Assembly (NCBI GenBank): GCA_022561635.1
Contig: JADFQV010000002.1
Coordinates: forward strand, 2,546 to 66,545
Length of the DNA: 64,000 nucleotides
Reading direction: 5' to 3'
DNA from: Chloroflexota bacterium
GTDB lineage: Bacteria > Chloroflexota > Dehalococcoidia > SM23-28-2 > RBG-16-64-32
Positions 18,356 through 27,383 of this stretch are shown here, in pieces; position 1 is the stretch's first letter; each line of letters starts with the position of its first letter. The position numbers were made by a program, and so were the translations under genes. Under the pieces are notes generated by a model. The model was not told the origin of the DNA, did not search any database, and saw only the letters and a program-made list of their open reading frames with translations.

Positions 18356-19122
18356 GCGCGAGAATGGCGCTGCGACAGGTGGGCTACGAAAACCGCTCCT
18401 TCTGGCGCAACCCGGCGGCGGCGTTCTTCACCTTCCTCCTGCCCTTGATCTTCCTCGTGCTCTTCAACTCACTCTTCGGCGACAGCAAGCTGACGATCGA
18501 CGGGCGCGAGCTGGACGGGTCGACGTTCTACGTGCCAGGAATAGTGGCGTTGGCCGTCGTCAGCGCCTGCTACACGAACATGGGCATGATGGTGACGATT
18601 GCCCGCGACAATGGCATCCTGAAGCGGGTGCGCGGGACGCCGCTACCACCGTGGGCCTACATCTTCGGGCGGCTGGCCCACGCGATGCTGCTCAGTCTGC
18701 TCCTCGTTGTGATCATCGTCGGCGTCGGCGCGGCAGCCTACGGCACGGACGTGCCCACTAACACGCTCCCGGGTCTCGCGGTCACCCTGCTACTGGGAGC
18801 GGCGACGTTCTGCGTCCTGGGGCTGGCGCTGACCGCCGTGATCCCCAGCGCTGACGCGGCGCCGGCGATCACGAACGCCACGATCCTGCCCCTGCTGTTC
18901 ATTTCGAACGTGTTCATCCCGCTGCAAGACCCGCCGGAGTGGCTCGCCACCGTCGGCGACGTGTTTCCGGTGAAGCATTTCGCGGCGGCCCTGCAGACCG
19001 CCTTCCACCCCGACACGACCGGGGCCGGCTTCGAGTGGGGCGACCTGGCGGTGATCGCCGCCTGGGGCATCGTCGGCACGGTGCTCGCCGTGCGCTTCTT
19101 CAGCTGGGAACCGCGCCGCTAA
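18352..19122 (+). CDS. ABC-2 type transporter permease
   Basis: Six predicted TM helices. ATGA overlap with the ATPase gene. Typical ABC-2 length. Confidence 0.85.
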   Translation: MSARMALRQVGYENRSFWRNPAAAFFTFLLPLIFLVLFNSLFGDSKLTIDGRELDGSTFYVPGIVALAVVSACYTNMGMMVTIARDNGILKRVRGTPLPPWAYIFGRLAHAMLLSLLLVVIIVGVGAAAYGTDVPTNTLPGLAVTLLLGAATFCVLGLALTAVIPSADAAPAITNATILPLLFISNVFIPLQDPPEWLATVGDVFPVKHFAAALQTAFHPDTTGAGFEWGDLAVIAAWGIVGTVLAVRFFSWEPRR

Positions 19123-19628
19123 CGCTGCGGGTGGTGCTCAGCCTCCCAGAAGCCGAAGTCGAGGTCGCCCGGCGAGTGACCGAGGCCTGTCAGCATCATC
19201 GCGATCTCGCCGCGGTGGTACGTTCCGTGGTTCGCGACGTGCGTCATCATCTGCCAGAGAAGGTACGACTGACGACTATCGGCGCTGTCGCGGAACTCTT
19301 GCGGCGCTTCGAGTCGGTCGTCCGTCAGATCGCCCACGAACTCCCGCAGGCCGCCGTGTGAGGCGAGGAACGACGCGCGCACCGCGGCCATGTCCGGCAT
19401 CTTTTGCAGCTCTAAAGTCGAGACGCGGTTGCGGCCGATGACCCAGCGCTCCAGCCAGTTGACCTGCGCCGCCGCGACGTGCGCGAACGAGCCGAGAATG
19501 CTGTCGAAGCTGGCGCCGCGGCCAGCGCTGAGCTCGTCCCCGGACAGACCCGAGGCGACATCGAGCAAGCGGTTGTTCGCCCACTCGTTGTACTCGTAGA
19601 AGTGGGTGATCAGGTCAAGCTTGCTCAT
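19119..19628 (-). CDS. DinB-family (DUF664-like) four-helix-bundle protein
   Basis: ITHFYEYNEWANNRLL...HVAAAQVNWL...HVANHGTYHRGEI. His triad typical of the DinB/YfiT superfamily. Confidence 0.8.
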   Translation of the reverse strand: MSKLDLITHFYEYNEWANNRLLDVASGLSGDELSAGRGASFDSILGSFAHVAAAQVNWLERWVIGRNRVSTLELQKMPDMAAVRASFLASHGGLREFVGDLTDDRLEAPQEFRDSADSRQSYLLWQMMTHVANHGTYHRGEIAMMLTGLGHSPGDLDFGFWEAEHHPQR

Positions 19629-19646
19629 CGCCGCACAACGCCTACC

Positions 19647-20531
19647 TTACTTGAGACCCTCGACGCTCATCCAGGAGCTGATCGCGTCGCCGATTTCGTG
19701 GGGGCGATCCTCCTGGATGAAGTGAACACCGGCGCCGGCCTCCACGTGCGTCAGATTCGACAGATTGTCGATGCACCACTGCGCCGTGACGCGCATGATT
19801 GCGCCCGGCTCCGCCGTGATCAGAAGCTTCGGCAGGGAAGTTTCCGTCAGCCACTTTGCGTACGCATCCACGGCCTTCGTGACGTCAGCCGGCTCGCCGT
19901 CGATCGGGATCTCGCGCGGCCAGCGCAGCGTCGGCCGCCGGCTCTGCGGCGTCGGGTACGGCGCGCGGTAGTAGGCCATCTCCTCGTCAGTGAGCTTGCG
20001 CAGAATGGAGGCGGGCAGAATCTGCTCCACGAACATGTTGTTCTCCAGAATCATCTGCTCCCCGACGCCGGGCGTGCGGAACGACTCGAACGGCGCCTTT
20101 GCCTGCTCGGGCCAGTCGTCCCACGAGATCGACTTCACGATCGTCTCCATCATGACGAGCCCGCGCACGTTGTCCTGGTGCGTGTGAGCGTAGTGCAGGC
20201 CCAGCCCGCCACCCCAGTCGTGCATCACCAGCAGGATGTCTTTCAGGCCAAGCGACTCGATGAAGCCATCGAGATGCCGGAAGTGGTCGAAGTAGGAGTA
20301 GTCAATGTCCGGCTGATCGCTCTTGCCCATGCCAATGAGGTCCAGCGCCACGCAGCGACCCAGCGGTTGGACGTGCGGAATGACGTTGCGCCAGAGGTAT
20401 GACGACGTCGGGTTGCCGTGCAGGAACAGCACGTCCTTGCCCTCACCGACGTCGATGTAGTGCATCTTCGAGCCATGCACCTCGGCGAACTTCGACTCGA
20501 ACGGGAATGCAGCGGAGATCTCGTCTGACAT
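19647..20531 (-). CDS. Haloalkane dehalogenase (HLD-II subfamily-like)
   Basis: LFLHGNPTSSYLWRNVIPH; HDWGG nucleophile elbow; MMETIV; GVHFIQEDRP. AAGGAG SD before the ATG at 20531. Confidence 0.9.
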   Translation of the reverse strand: MSDEISAAFPFESKFAEVHGSKMHYIDVGEGKDVLFLHGNPTSSYLWRNVIPHVQPLGRCVALDLIGMGKSDQPDIDYSYFDHFRHLDGFIESLGLKDILLVMHDWGGGLGLHYAHTHQDNVRGLVMMETIVKSISWDDWPEQAKAPFESFRTPGVGEQMILENNMFVEQILPASILRKLTDEEMAYYRAPYPTPQSRRPTLRWPREIPIDGEPADVTKAVDAYAKWLTETSLPKLLITAEPGAIMRVTAQWCIDNLSNLTHVEAGAGVHFIQEDRPHEIGDAISSWMSVEGLK

Positions 20532-20541
20532 GGGGCGCTCC

Positions 20542-22500
20542 TTATCCGTACAGCCGCTTCCGCGCGTCTTCGACCACGTTCGTGCCGTCGAGGCGCAGGT
20601 GGCGTTCGTTGAACTTATCATGGTGGATTCCGATGACGAGGTGCTCCGGGTCTTCGTCTACCGGCAGAGGCACCCCACAGACGCCAAAGTCGTCGGTCGT
20701 CGCCTGAGAGACAACCTTCCCCTTGTGGCCGATCACCTCGACCTTCGCTCCGGAAACGGCGGGCCTCTTCTCGAAACCGGACTTCGTCGGGTCGTTCTCG
20801 ACGACGGTGATCGTTGCCGTACGACCGTCCTTGGCGTGCTCGATCGTCACATCCATGTCGAGCAGGTAGACGAGCGGCGCGTGGACGACGGCGCGCAGGC
20901 CGGCATCGAGCACCGCCTGAACCTGGTTGGCCGAGAGGTCGGTGTCGATCGGCGCCATGCCGTGGTCGGTCGTGATCACGAAGAGGGTGGACTCGAACAG
21001 GCCGCGCGCGTCGATCACGTCGAGTACCTTACCGATGCGCTTGTCCGTCTCGATCAGCGCATCGCGGATCGCCCCGGAGTGCGGCCCGTAGTCGTGGCCA
21101 ACGGCGTCGGTCAGCGCGTACTCGTGGAAGGTGAACATCGGCGGCGGCTGATCGTCGGCGCCGAAGAGCAGCATCGACTGCACCGTGCCCTGGATGTCTG
21201 TGAAGGAGTACCGGCGGACGCTCTCTTGTCCCTCGTCCTTCCAGCGTGGGTTGGTGTCGTCACGGTTGAGGCGTGTCATTTCGCCCAGCTTTTCCTCATC
21301 GATCAGCAGCCGCCGTTCGAGAGTGGCGTGGGCGGCGCCCTTGGCGCAGGGCTCGTTGAGCGAGGCGGTGATCACGCCGTCGCGGCCATCCCACTTGCCG
21401 TGAACGCGGTGAACGGCCTCGAAGAGCGTCTCGACGTCGCCGGTCACGAACTTCGCGGTGTCCCAGACTTGTCCCTGCGGGGTCACCGTCTCACGCGTCT
21501 CGCGCAGGTAGTACGCCGGATTGACAACGTCATGGTGGCCGCACCAGGCGCCGGAGCCGATGGTGTTGTGGCTGGGCCAGGTGATGCTCGGGAAGTTAAC
21601 CGTCGTCCCGTAGTTGAACATCAGGCCGCGCTCGATCAGACGCGCCAGGTTGGGGATCGACTCGCGGTCGTTTTCCAGGCGCTCCTTGAGCTCTGTGTTG
21701 GAGAGGCCATCCAGAAGAAAGATGTACGCGCGCTCAGGCCGCTCAGTCGCATCGATGATCTCGTCGATCGGGCCGCCATCTTGACGGCGCAGGTAGACGT
21801 CGGGCTCGACGCCGCGCTCCGACGAAGTGCGGCCCGTCGAGTCCATGCCGTCGATCAGCGGCAGGCCGAGCAGCCGCGCCAGCGTCGGCGCGATATCCAC
21901 CTGCGCGCAGAGAGCGTCCGTCGTGCCCGTGTCCTTGATTCCGGGACCGGAGAAGACGAGCGGCGCGCGCGACTGCACGACGTCCGCCGAGCCGTGCTGG
22001 CCGGGCTGGCGGCCGTAGGCGTAGGAGCGCGGGTTGACGACGATGTCGGGAGCGTTCGGGCTATCGAACAGTTGGGCGATGCGCTCGAAGGCGAGCGGGT
22101 AGCTCAAGGTCTCGGGCGACATGAAGGCGCGGTTCGGGTCGCTGGCGTCGAACCCGGACTTGGTAGACGCCTCGACCTCCTCGGCGATCGTGGCGACGGC
22201 GGTCGGGTCCTGGTTCGCAATCGGGTTTTCGCCGCTTTGCTCGATGACCTCGTAGCCATAACCGCCACCATCGGCGTCAAGAAAGCGCTGGAAGCGGATC
22301 ATTCCCCGCAGCGCCCACACTTCGTACGCGCCGCCGCCGTCTGAGTCGTAGCGATAGGTGGCCAGCCAGTCGGTTGGGCCATGCCTGTCGTCGGTGAGGA
22401 GAGCGATGATCGCCCGGTTGCCGGACTCTTCCTGGTTGGGATCGAGTCCCTGGCCGCCGGCGCGTTCGGGCGGGGCGAGGCGTCGTTCCGTTGTCGTCAT
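20542..22500 (-). CDS. Alkaline-phosphatase-superfamily phosphodiesterase/nucleotide pyrophosphatase-like protein with a C-terminal Ig/carboxypeptidase-regulatory-like domain
   Basis: FLLDGLS, ITWPSHNTIGSGAWCGHHD, TDAVGHDYGPHS and TTDHGM are metal-ligand motifs of the type I phosphodiesterase family. Confidence 0.75.
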   Translation of the reverse strand: MTTTERRLAPPERAGGQGLDPNQEESGNRAIIALLTDDRHGPTDWLATYRYDSDGGGAYEVWALRGMIRFQRFLDADGGGYGYEVIEQSGENPIANQDPTAVATIAEEVEASTKSGFDASDPNRAFMSPETLSYPLAFERIAQLFDSPNAPDIVVNPRSYAYGRQPGQHGSADVVQSRAPLVFSGPGIKDTGTTDALCAQVDIAPTLARLLGLPLIDGMDSTGRTSSERGVEPDVYLRRQDGGPIDEIIDATERPERAYIFLLDGLSNTELKERLENDRESIPNLARLIERGLMFNYGTTVNFPSITWPSHNTIGSGAWCGHHDVVNPAYYLRETRETVTPQGQVWDTAKFVTGDVETLFEAVHRVHGKWDGRDGVITASLNEPCAKGAAHATLERRLLIDEEKLGEMTRLNRDDTNPRWKDEGQESVRRYSFTDIQGTVQSMLLFGADDQPPPMFTFHEYALTDAVGHDYGPHSGAIRDALIETDKRIGKVLDVIDARGLFESTLFVITTDHGMAPIDTDLSANQVQAVLDAGLRAVVHAPLVYLLDMDVTIEHAKDGRTATITVVENDPTKSGFEKRPAVSGAKVEVIGHKGKVVSQATTDDFGVCGVPLPVDEDPEHLVIGIHHDKFNERHLRLDGTNVVEDARKRLYG

Positions 22501-22600
22501 GGGCGGGCTCCGTCTGTTGAGAGAGTGGGGCCTATTCTAGCGCAGGCAAGCGACGCGGTTCAGTGCAGGCCATACGAAACTTCGATTCCCCGTCGCGTTT

Positions 22601-23107
22601 CTACGGAGACGACTGTCCGAAGCGCTCCCAGCTCACGTACTCCTCGAACGGCTGACGCGCGCGGTCCTGCGACATCGACGTGCCGGGCTGGGGATGGCCC
22701 AGCGCGACGACGATGGCGATATGCCATCCTTCCGGCAGGCCCAGCACTTCGCGGCCGCAGTCGGCGTTGTGAATGCGCAGCGGGCACGATGCCAGGCCCT
22801 CGTCCCAGGCCACGATCATCATATTCTGGGCAGCGCGGCCAGCGTCGAAGTCCATGCCGTCGGGGTTCAGGCAGACGGCGACGGCGGCCGTGGCAGGACC
22901 GAGCGGCTGTGCGAAGTCGCCGCACTCCGCCAGCTTCGCCATGTGCTCCTTATCCCGGATGACGACGAAGCGGAAAGGCTCGAGGTTCTTCGCAGATCCC
23001 GCCATCCGCCCCGCCTGAAGCACCCGGCGCAGCACTTCGTCGTCGATCGGCTCGCTGGAGTAGAGGCGCGTGTCGCGCTTGGTCGTTACGGCTTTGTAGG
23101 CGTCCAT
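22601..23107 (-). CDS. Nitroreductase-family protein
   Basis: AVTTKRDTRLYSSEPIDDEVLRRVLQAGRMAGSAKNLEPFRFVVI. GGGAGGG SD before the ATG at 23107. Confidence 0.8.
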   Translation of the reverse strand: MDAYKAVTTKRDTRLYSSEPIDDEVLRRVLQAGRMAGSAKNLEPFRFVVIRDKEHMAKLAECGDFAQPLGPATAAVAVCLNPDGMDFDAGRAAQNMMIVAWDEGLASCPLRIHNADCGREVLGLPEGWHIAIVVALGHPQPGTSMSQDRARQPFEEYVSWERFGQSSP

Positions 23108-23326
23108 ATATCCCTCCCGGGCATAGGGTGGGCGCTGGACGCCGCGTCGGTCAACCCCAGGGCCAGCGGCGAATACTACAACCGGTTCAGGCTGCTGATC
23201 ACCCGGTGTGCGAGGCACCGGCGATTACCTTAAGATGCAAGGAAGTTGCGCCAGGTTCACTACAGCTACTGGGACTACAGCGAGCCCCCCTGGGATCGCG
23301 GCGAAGTGCCGTGGATCGCTCGCGTC

Positions 23327-23713
23327 ATGGTCCGCTGGGCGATCACGATCGTCGGCTTCTTGGTCGCCGAGTGGTTCGTGAACGACGTCTTCTACGACTC
23401 GGACCGTTTCGTCATCGACGGCACGGAGGCGCTCCTGCTAGCAGCGGCGATCTACGTCGGCGTGCGAGCGTTCGTGCGGCCGATTCTGATGCTGCTGACG
23501 TTCCCGCTGCAGCTCATCACGCTGGGCGTCTTCGTGTTGGTCATCAACGCCATGATCGTGCTCTTAGTGGAGCTGCTCTGCGACTGGTGGGGCATCAAGT
23601 TTGTGATCGAAGGCTTCTGGCCTGCGTTCATCGGCGCCCTGGTGATCTCGTTGGTGTCGTTCGCGATATCGCGGTTCTTGCGCCGCAACCCGCTCCTGCC
23701 GCGGCCCCGCTAG
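23327..23713 (+). CDS. Phage-holin-4_2 / YvlD-like small membrane protein
   Basis: ...VRPILMLLTFPLQLITLGVFVLVINAMIVLLV...FWPAFIGALVISLVS aligns by eye with YvlD-type proteins from the MVRW start. The upstream TTG (23246) is a possible alternative. Confidence 0.6.
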   Translation: MVRWAITIVGFLVAEWFVNDVFYDSDRFVIDGTEALLLAAAIYVGVRAFVRPILMLLTFPLQLITLGVFVLVINAMIVLLVELLCDWWGIKFVIEGFWPAFIGALVISLVSFAISRFLRRNPLLPRPR

Positions 23714-24717
23714 ACCTGAATGTGCACCTTGAGCGAGCCCTGCTTCTTGTCCGCCGCCGTAGCGAACGCCGAGCCCGCGTCGTCCAATGCGAAGCGGTGC
23801 GTGATGATCCGGCGCACCCGCTCCGGATCAGCGGCGATGATACCCAGCGCGACGTCGAAGTCGGACTGCTGGCCCGGCCGGCAGTAGGTGATGCCACCGG
23901 TGACCGTGATCTCGTTGCGCATGAGCGAGAGCGCGTCCAACTGCACCGGCTGCGTGAACAGCCCGAGCACCGCGACGCGGCCGCCGAAGCGCACTAGCCC
24001 GAGCCCCTCGCCAAGCGTCGGGGCGCCTCCGCCCACGGTTTCCACGACGACGTCGACGCTTCCGCGCTTCAGGTCTCCAAGCTCGCTGTCCCTCAGGATG
24101 CGCGTCGCGCCCATCGCCTCCGCGGCCTCGCCCTGGTGATCGTGGCGATACGTGGCGATCACTTCGCTCGCGCCGGAGTGACGCGCCACGAGCACAGAGA
24201 AGAGACCGATCGTCCCGCTGCCAAGCACTAGCACCCGCTCTCCGGCTTCGAGGCCGACGAGATGCAGGCCGTGCACGCAGACCGCCAGCGGCTCGGCGAG
24301 TGCGCCGGTCTCGAAGTCAACGTTATCGGGGAGAGTGTAGAGAGCGTATCCAGGAACCGCGATGTAATCCGCGAGGCCGCCCGGATGGTAGGCGCCGATG
24401 AGAACGCGGGCTCGGCAGAGGTTGTAGTGGCCGCTGCGGCAGTAGCTGCACGTCTGGCAGGAACGTATCGGCTCGATGGCGACGCGGTCGCCCTCGGCGA
24501 ACCCCTCCACGCCTTCACCCAGCGCCGCCACCTCTCCCGTGAACTCGTGGCCCAGCGAGGCTGGCGACGGCGGCAAGTGACCGTTATAGAAGTGCAGGTC
24601 AGTGCCGCAAATACCGCACTGCCGGACGCGGACGAGAACCTCCCCCGGTCCGGGCTGCGGCTCGTCCGTGTCGCGGACCTCAATCGTCTCCTTGGCGGTA
24701 CAGAAAGCGGCGCGCAC
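23710..24717 (-). CDS. Zinc-dependent alcohol dehydrogenase (threonine/sorbitol dehydrogenase-like MDR)
   Basis: GEVLVRVRQCGICGTDLHFY, GHEFTGEV, CQTCSYCRSGHYNLC and LVLGSGTIGL. Start set at the GTG 24717, 7 nt after a TACAAT box. The ATG at 24726 overlaps that box. Confidence 0.8.
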   Translation of the reverse strand: MRAAFCTAKETIEVRDTDEPQPGPGEVLVRVRQCGICGTDLHFYNGHLPPSPASLGHEFTGEVAALGEGVEGFAEGDRVAIEPIRSCQTCSYCRSGHYNLCRARVLIGAYHPGGLADYIAVPGYALYTLPDNVDFETGALAEPLAVCVHGLHLVGLEAGERVLVLGSGTIGLFSVLVARHSGASEVIATYRHDHQGEAAEAMGATRILRDSELGDLKRGSVDVVVETVGGGAPTLGEGLGLVRFGGRVAVLGLFTQPVQLDALSLMRNEITVTGGITYCRPGQQSDFDVALGIIAADPERVRRIITHRFALDDAGSAFATAADKKQGSLKVHIQV

Positions 24718-24724
24718 GGGCGGC

Positions 24725-24730
24725 ATTGTA
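24725..24730 (-). promoter_or_regulatory. -10-like hexamer TACAAT, 7 nt upstream of the GTG at 24717
   Basis: Reverse complement reads tgcTACAATgccgcccGTG. Confidence 0.35.
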
Positions 24731-24767
24731 GCAGGACACCGCAAGCAAGGACAGGACGGGCGTGGGG

Positions 24768-24773
24768 TATCAT
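24768..24773 (+). promoter_or_regulatory. -10-like hexamer TATCAT (tgggg-TATCAT), 6 nt upstream of the ATG at 24780
   Basis: gtggggTATCATcgagaaATG; no SD. Confidence 0.4.
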
Positions 24774-24779
24774 CGAGAA

Positions 24780-25628
24780 ATGCGAGCGCTGAACCAACCG
24801 ACGAGCTGGTGGGGATGGCACTGGGAACCGCCGACACCGATGTCGATCGCCGAGCTGATCATGGCCGGCAACATGTCGGCGGCGGTGGCGGCGATGTTCT
24901 GGGTGGCGATGGAGCGCGGCGCCTCGATGATCGTCGCCGCCGACCCACCATCGAGCGGTAAGACGACAACGCTGAGCGCGCTGATGTCCTTCACCCTCCC
25001 CGATACGCTCGTCTACTTCACCCGCGGCCAGGGCGAAACGTTCGCGCTGCCGCCGGTATCGCCCGAGTACGCCACGTACCTCCTGGTCAACGAGATGAGC
25101 GACCACATCCCCGTCTACACCTGGGACGACCACGCCCGGAAGACGTTCGAACTGCTGTCGCAAGGCTACCGCCTGGGCACGACGATGCACGCCGACACCG
25201 TCGACGGCGTCCTCGCGCAACTGGAACGAGACCTGGCCATCCCCAAGAGCCACGTCGCGCACCTGACGTTCATCGTGCCGATGTTCATCGGGCGCCAGCA
25301 GGGAATCATCCGGCGCATCACAGAAGTGGCGATGCTGGAGGCAGACGGCGACGGCCATCGCATCTCGCGCGCCGCGGAGTGGAACCGGGACGACGACTCG
25401 TTCCGGCTCTTCCCCCAGCGCGGCGTCCGCGAGGCGTTCGCACAGTGGGCGGGGCTGACGCCGGACGGGCTGGACGACGCGATCGCCGACCGGGAACGAG
25501 TCCTCGAGGGGTTGATCAAGGCCGGCGCCACGTCGATTCCGGCAGTCAACGAGGCGATTCTGGCGTACCAGGCCGAGACTCTCGGCATCTCCGTGCCGGC
25601 GACGCAGGGTGAAGACGCCTCGGGTTAA
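24780..25628 (+). CDS. Orphan FlaI/VirB11/CpaF-like secretion-ATPase homologue with the C-terminal domain only and divergent motifs
   Basis: MSAAVAAMFWVAMERGASMIVAADPPSSGKTTTLSALMSF (Walker A region), YLLVNEMSD (Walker B-like), GTTMHADTVDGVLAQLE (His box), RRITEV. Confidence 0.65.
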   Translation: MRALNQPTSWWGWHWEPPTPMSIAELIMAGNMSAAVAAMFWVAMERGASMIVAADPPSSGKTTTLSALMSFTLPDTLVYFTRGQGETFALPPVSPEYATYLLVNEMSDHIPVYTWDDHARKTFELLSQGYRLGTTMHADTVDGVLAQLERDLAIPKSHVAHLTFIVPMFIGRQQGIIRRITEVAMLEADGDGHRISRAAEWNRDDDSFRLFPQRGVREAFAQWAGLTPDGLDDAIADRERVLEGLIKAGATSIPAVNEAILAYQAETLGISVPATQGEDASG

Positions 25629-26314
25629 GTGCCGGGTTCGAACTTCAGCAGCTGCTCCGCCGCCGACTCGTGGTCCGAGAAGTCCTCGAACGTGATCTGC
25701 GCGCCAGACTCACGCAGCTCTTCGACGCTGTAGTTGCCAGTGGCTACGCCGACGCCGATCGCCCCGTTGGCCAGCGTGGCGGTGATGTCGTGCGGGGTGT
25801 CTCCGACGACCATGACGTCCTCCGGCTGCGCTCCGCCGGCCACCTCACGGATCGCCACAGCAACGACCTCCGACCGTTCGCGGCTGACCTCGCCGAAGCC
25901 ACCGCCGGCAAAGTGGCCGGCCAGCTCGTAGAACTCAAGCTTGAGGCGCGCACCCTCGCTGAAGTTGCCCGTAGCCAGACCGAGCTGCGCGCCGGCCTCG
26001 CGCAGTTCGTTCAGCAGTTGAGGGAAGCCGGGCATGACATGCCCCTTGCGTTCAACGAGCGACTCCGGCAGCAGGCGTGCGTAGGCGCTGACGAAGGCGT
26101 CCATGTGCTCCTGCGTTCCGCCGTCAATTTCGCCGTCATCGAGAGCGCTCTGCAGGATGAAGAGGTCCGTGCGGCCGCTGAACTCGATCTTGCCGAAACC
26201 GTCGTCAACGCCGAATAGCTCGGCGAAGGCACGGTTCATCGCGTGGCCGCCAGCGCCGCCCGTATTCAGCAGCGTGTTATCGATATCGAAGAGGATGGTG
26301 CGGGGCCGCGTCAC
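25625..26314 (-). CDS. HAD-superfamily hydrolase (phosphoglycolate phosphatase-like)
   Basis: ILFDIDNTLLNT (DxDxT), LGLATGN, VVGDTPHDI. Confidence 0.85.
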   Translation of the reverse strand: MTRPRTILFDIDNTLLNTGGAGGHAMNRAFAELFGVDDGFGKIEFSGRTDLFILQSALDDGEIDGGTQEHMDAFVSAYARLLPESLVERKGHVMPGFPQLLNELREAGAQLGLATGNFSEGARLKLEFYELAGHFAGGGFGEVSRERSEVVAVAIREVAGGAQPEDVMVVGDTPHDITATLANGAIGVGVATGNYSVEELRESGAQITFEDFSDHESAAEQLLKFEPGT

Positions 26315-26643
26315 TTTTCGACGGTCTGGCCCGACTTGATCCAGGCGTCTGTTCCGCCCTCAAGGTTGAAGAGGCGCGTAAGGCCGGCGGCGGCCGCCAT
26401 CTCCGCGCCGAGAGCGCTGCGCTGGCCGACGGCGCAGACGAAGATCACGTCCTGTTCCTTCGGCAGCTCCTCGCGACGCTTGTAGACGCTGTTCACCGGG
26501 ATCAGCGCCGCTCCTGGCACGTGGCCCGATGCGTATTCATGCTGTTCGCGAACGTCGATCACGGCTGCGCCGGCGTCCATCATGTCTTTCGCTTCGTCAA
26601 CGCTGATGCGCGTGAAGGGCTCGCGCGGGTCCTTGGTCGCCAT
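26311..26643 (-). CDS. Single-domain rhodanese-like sulfurtransferase
   Basis: VIDVREQHEYASGHVPGA...IFVCAVGQRSA active-site loop. AAGGAG SD. GTGA overlap with the HAD gene. Confidence 0.85.
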   Translation of the reverse strand: MATKDPREPFTRISVDEAKDMMDAGAAVIDVREQHEYASGHVPGAALIPVNSVYKRREELPKEQDVIFVCAVGQRSALGAEMAAAAGLTRLFNLEGGTDAWIKSGQTVEK

Positions 26644-26740
26644 CTCAGGGCTCCTTTTTCCAACTGGTCGCTGCTTCTATTGTAGCGCTTGACAGGCCCC
26701 TCCGCCGAAGGCGATGCTTCGCCGCGAAAGGAGCCCGCGA

Positions 26741-27259
26741 ATGGCGACCGATAAGCAGATACAAGAGCTGAGAGAGAAGATGCGGGCCGAGCGCGGCAAA
26801 CTGCTCGACGCCCTTGAAGCGCTGGACGAGGAAGAGGCCCAACGCTCCACCAGCGGCGAAGGCGAATGGAGCGCGAAACAGCAAATGGCCCACCTGTGCG
26901 AGATGGAGTCGGCCTATCGCGCCTGGGTCGAGAAGGCGCTGACCGACGACAACCCGAACGTCGACAACGTCTTCGGCGAGCCACCCGCCATCACCCTCAC
27001 GAAGGCGCACGACCACACCGCCGCGGAGCACGTCACGGAGATGCGCCGCCAGCGCGCGCTGACCGAAGCTGTGATCGAAGACATCGGGGCGGAGCAGTTC
27101 GAGCGAAAGGCGACTCAGCAGATGTTCGGCACGCTTACGGTGATGCAGTGGCTGCGCTCCTACTACCGGCACGACCGCATGCACAGCGATCAGGTGAGCG
27201 GCCGAGACCCGGAGTACAAGCCGCGCTTTACGAACGGCGAGCCGGACCAGCGCCGCTGA
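26741..27259 (+). CDS. DinB_2-family protein
   Basis: WSAKQQMAHLCEMESAY...YYRHDRMHSDQV His motifs. AAGGAG SD before the ATG at 26741. Confidence 0.75.
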   Translation: MATDKQIQELREKMRAERGKLLDALEALDEEEAQRSTSGEGEWSAKQQMAHLCEMESAYRAWVEKALTDDNPNVDNVFGEPPAITLTKAHDHTAAEHVTEMRRQRALTEAVIEDIGAEQFERKATQQMFGTLTVMQWLRSYYRHDRMHSDQVSGRDPEYKPRFTNGEPDQRR

Positions 27260-27383
27260 AACACCGTAAGCCCCTGTTGACAGCTTCGCTTGTGCGGTGC
27301 TATCGTCGCGCTGTCTTTTCACGACCGAAGAACGCGCCCAAAGGGCGACCCGGGCGGCATGCGCCTCTCATTTTCTCCCGTTA

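Noticed and set aside
20530-22344. 604-aa ORF on the plus strand.
   Set aside because: It is antisense to the 652-aa phosphodiesterase-family gene, whose metal-ligand motifs are clear. The plus-strand product is Arg/Gly/Val/Asp-rich low-complexity sequence, typical of shadow ORFs in GC-rich DNA.
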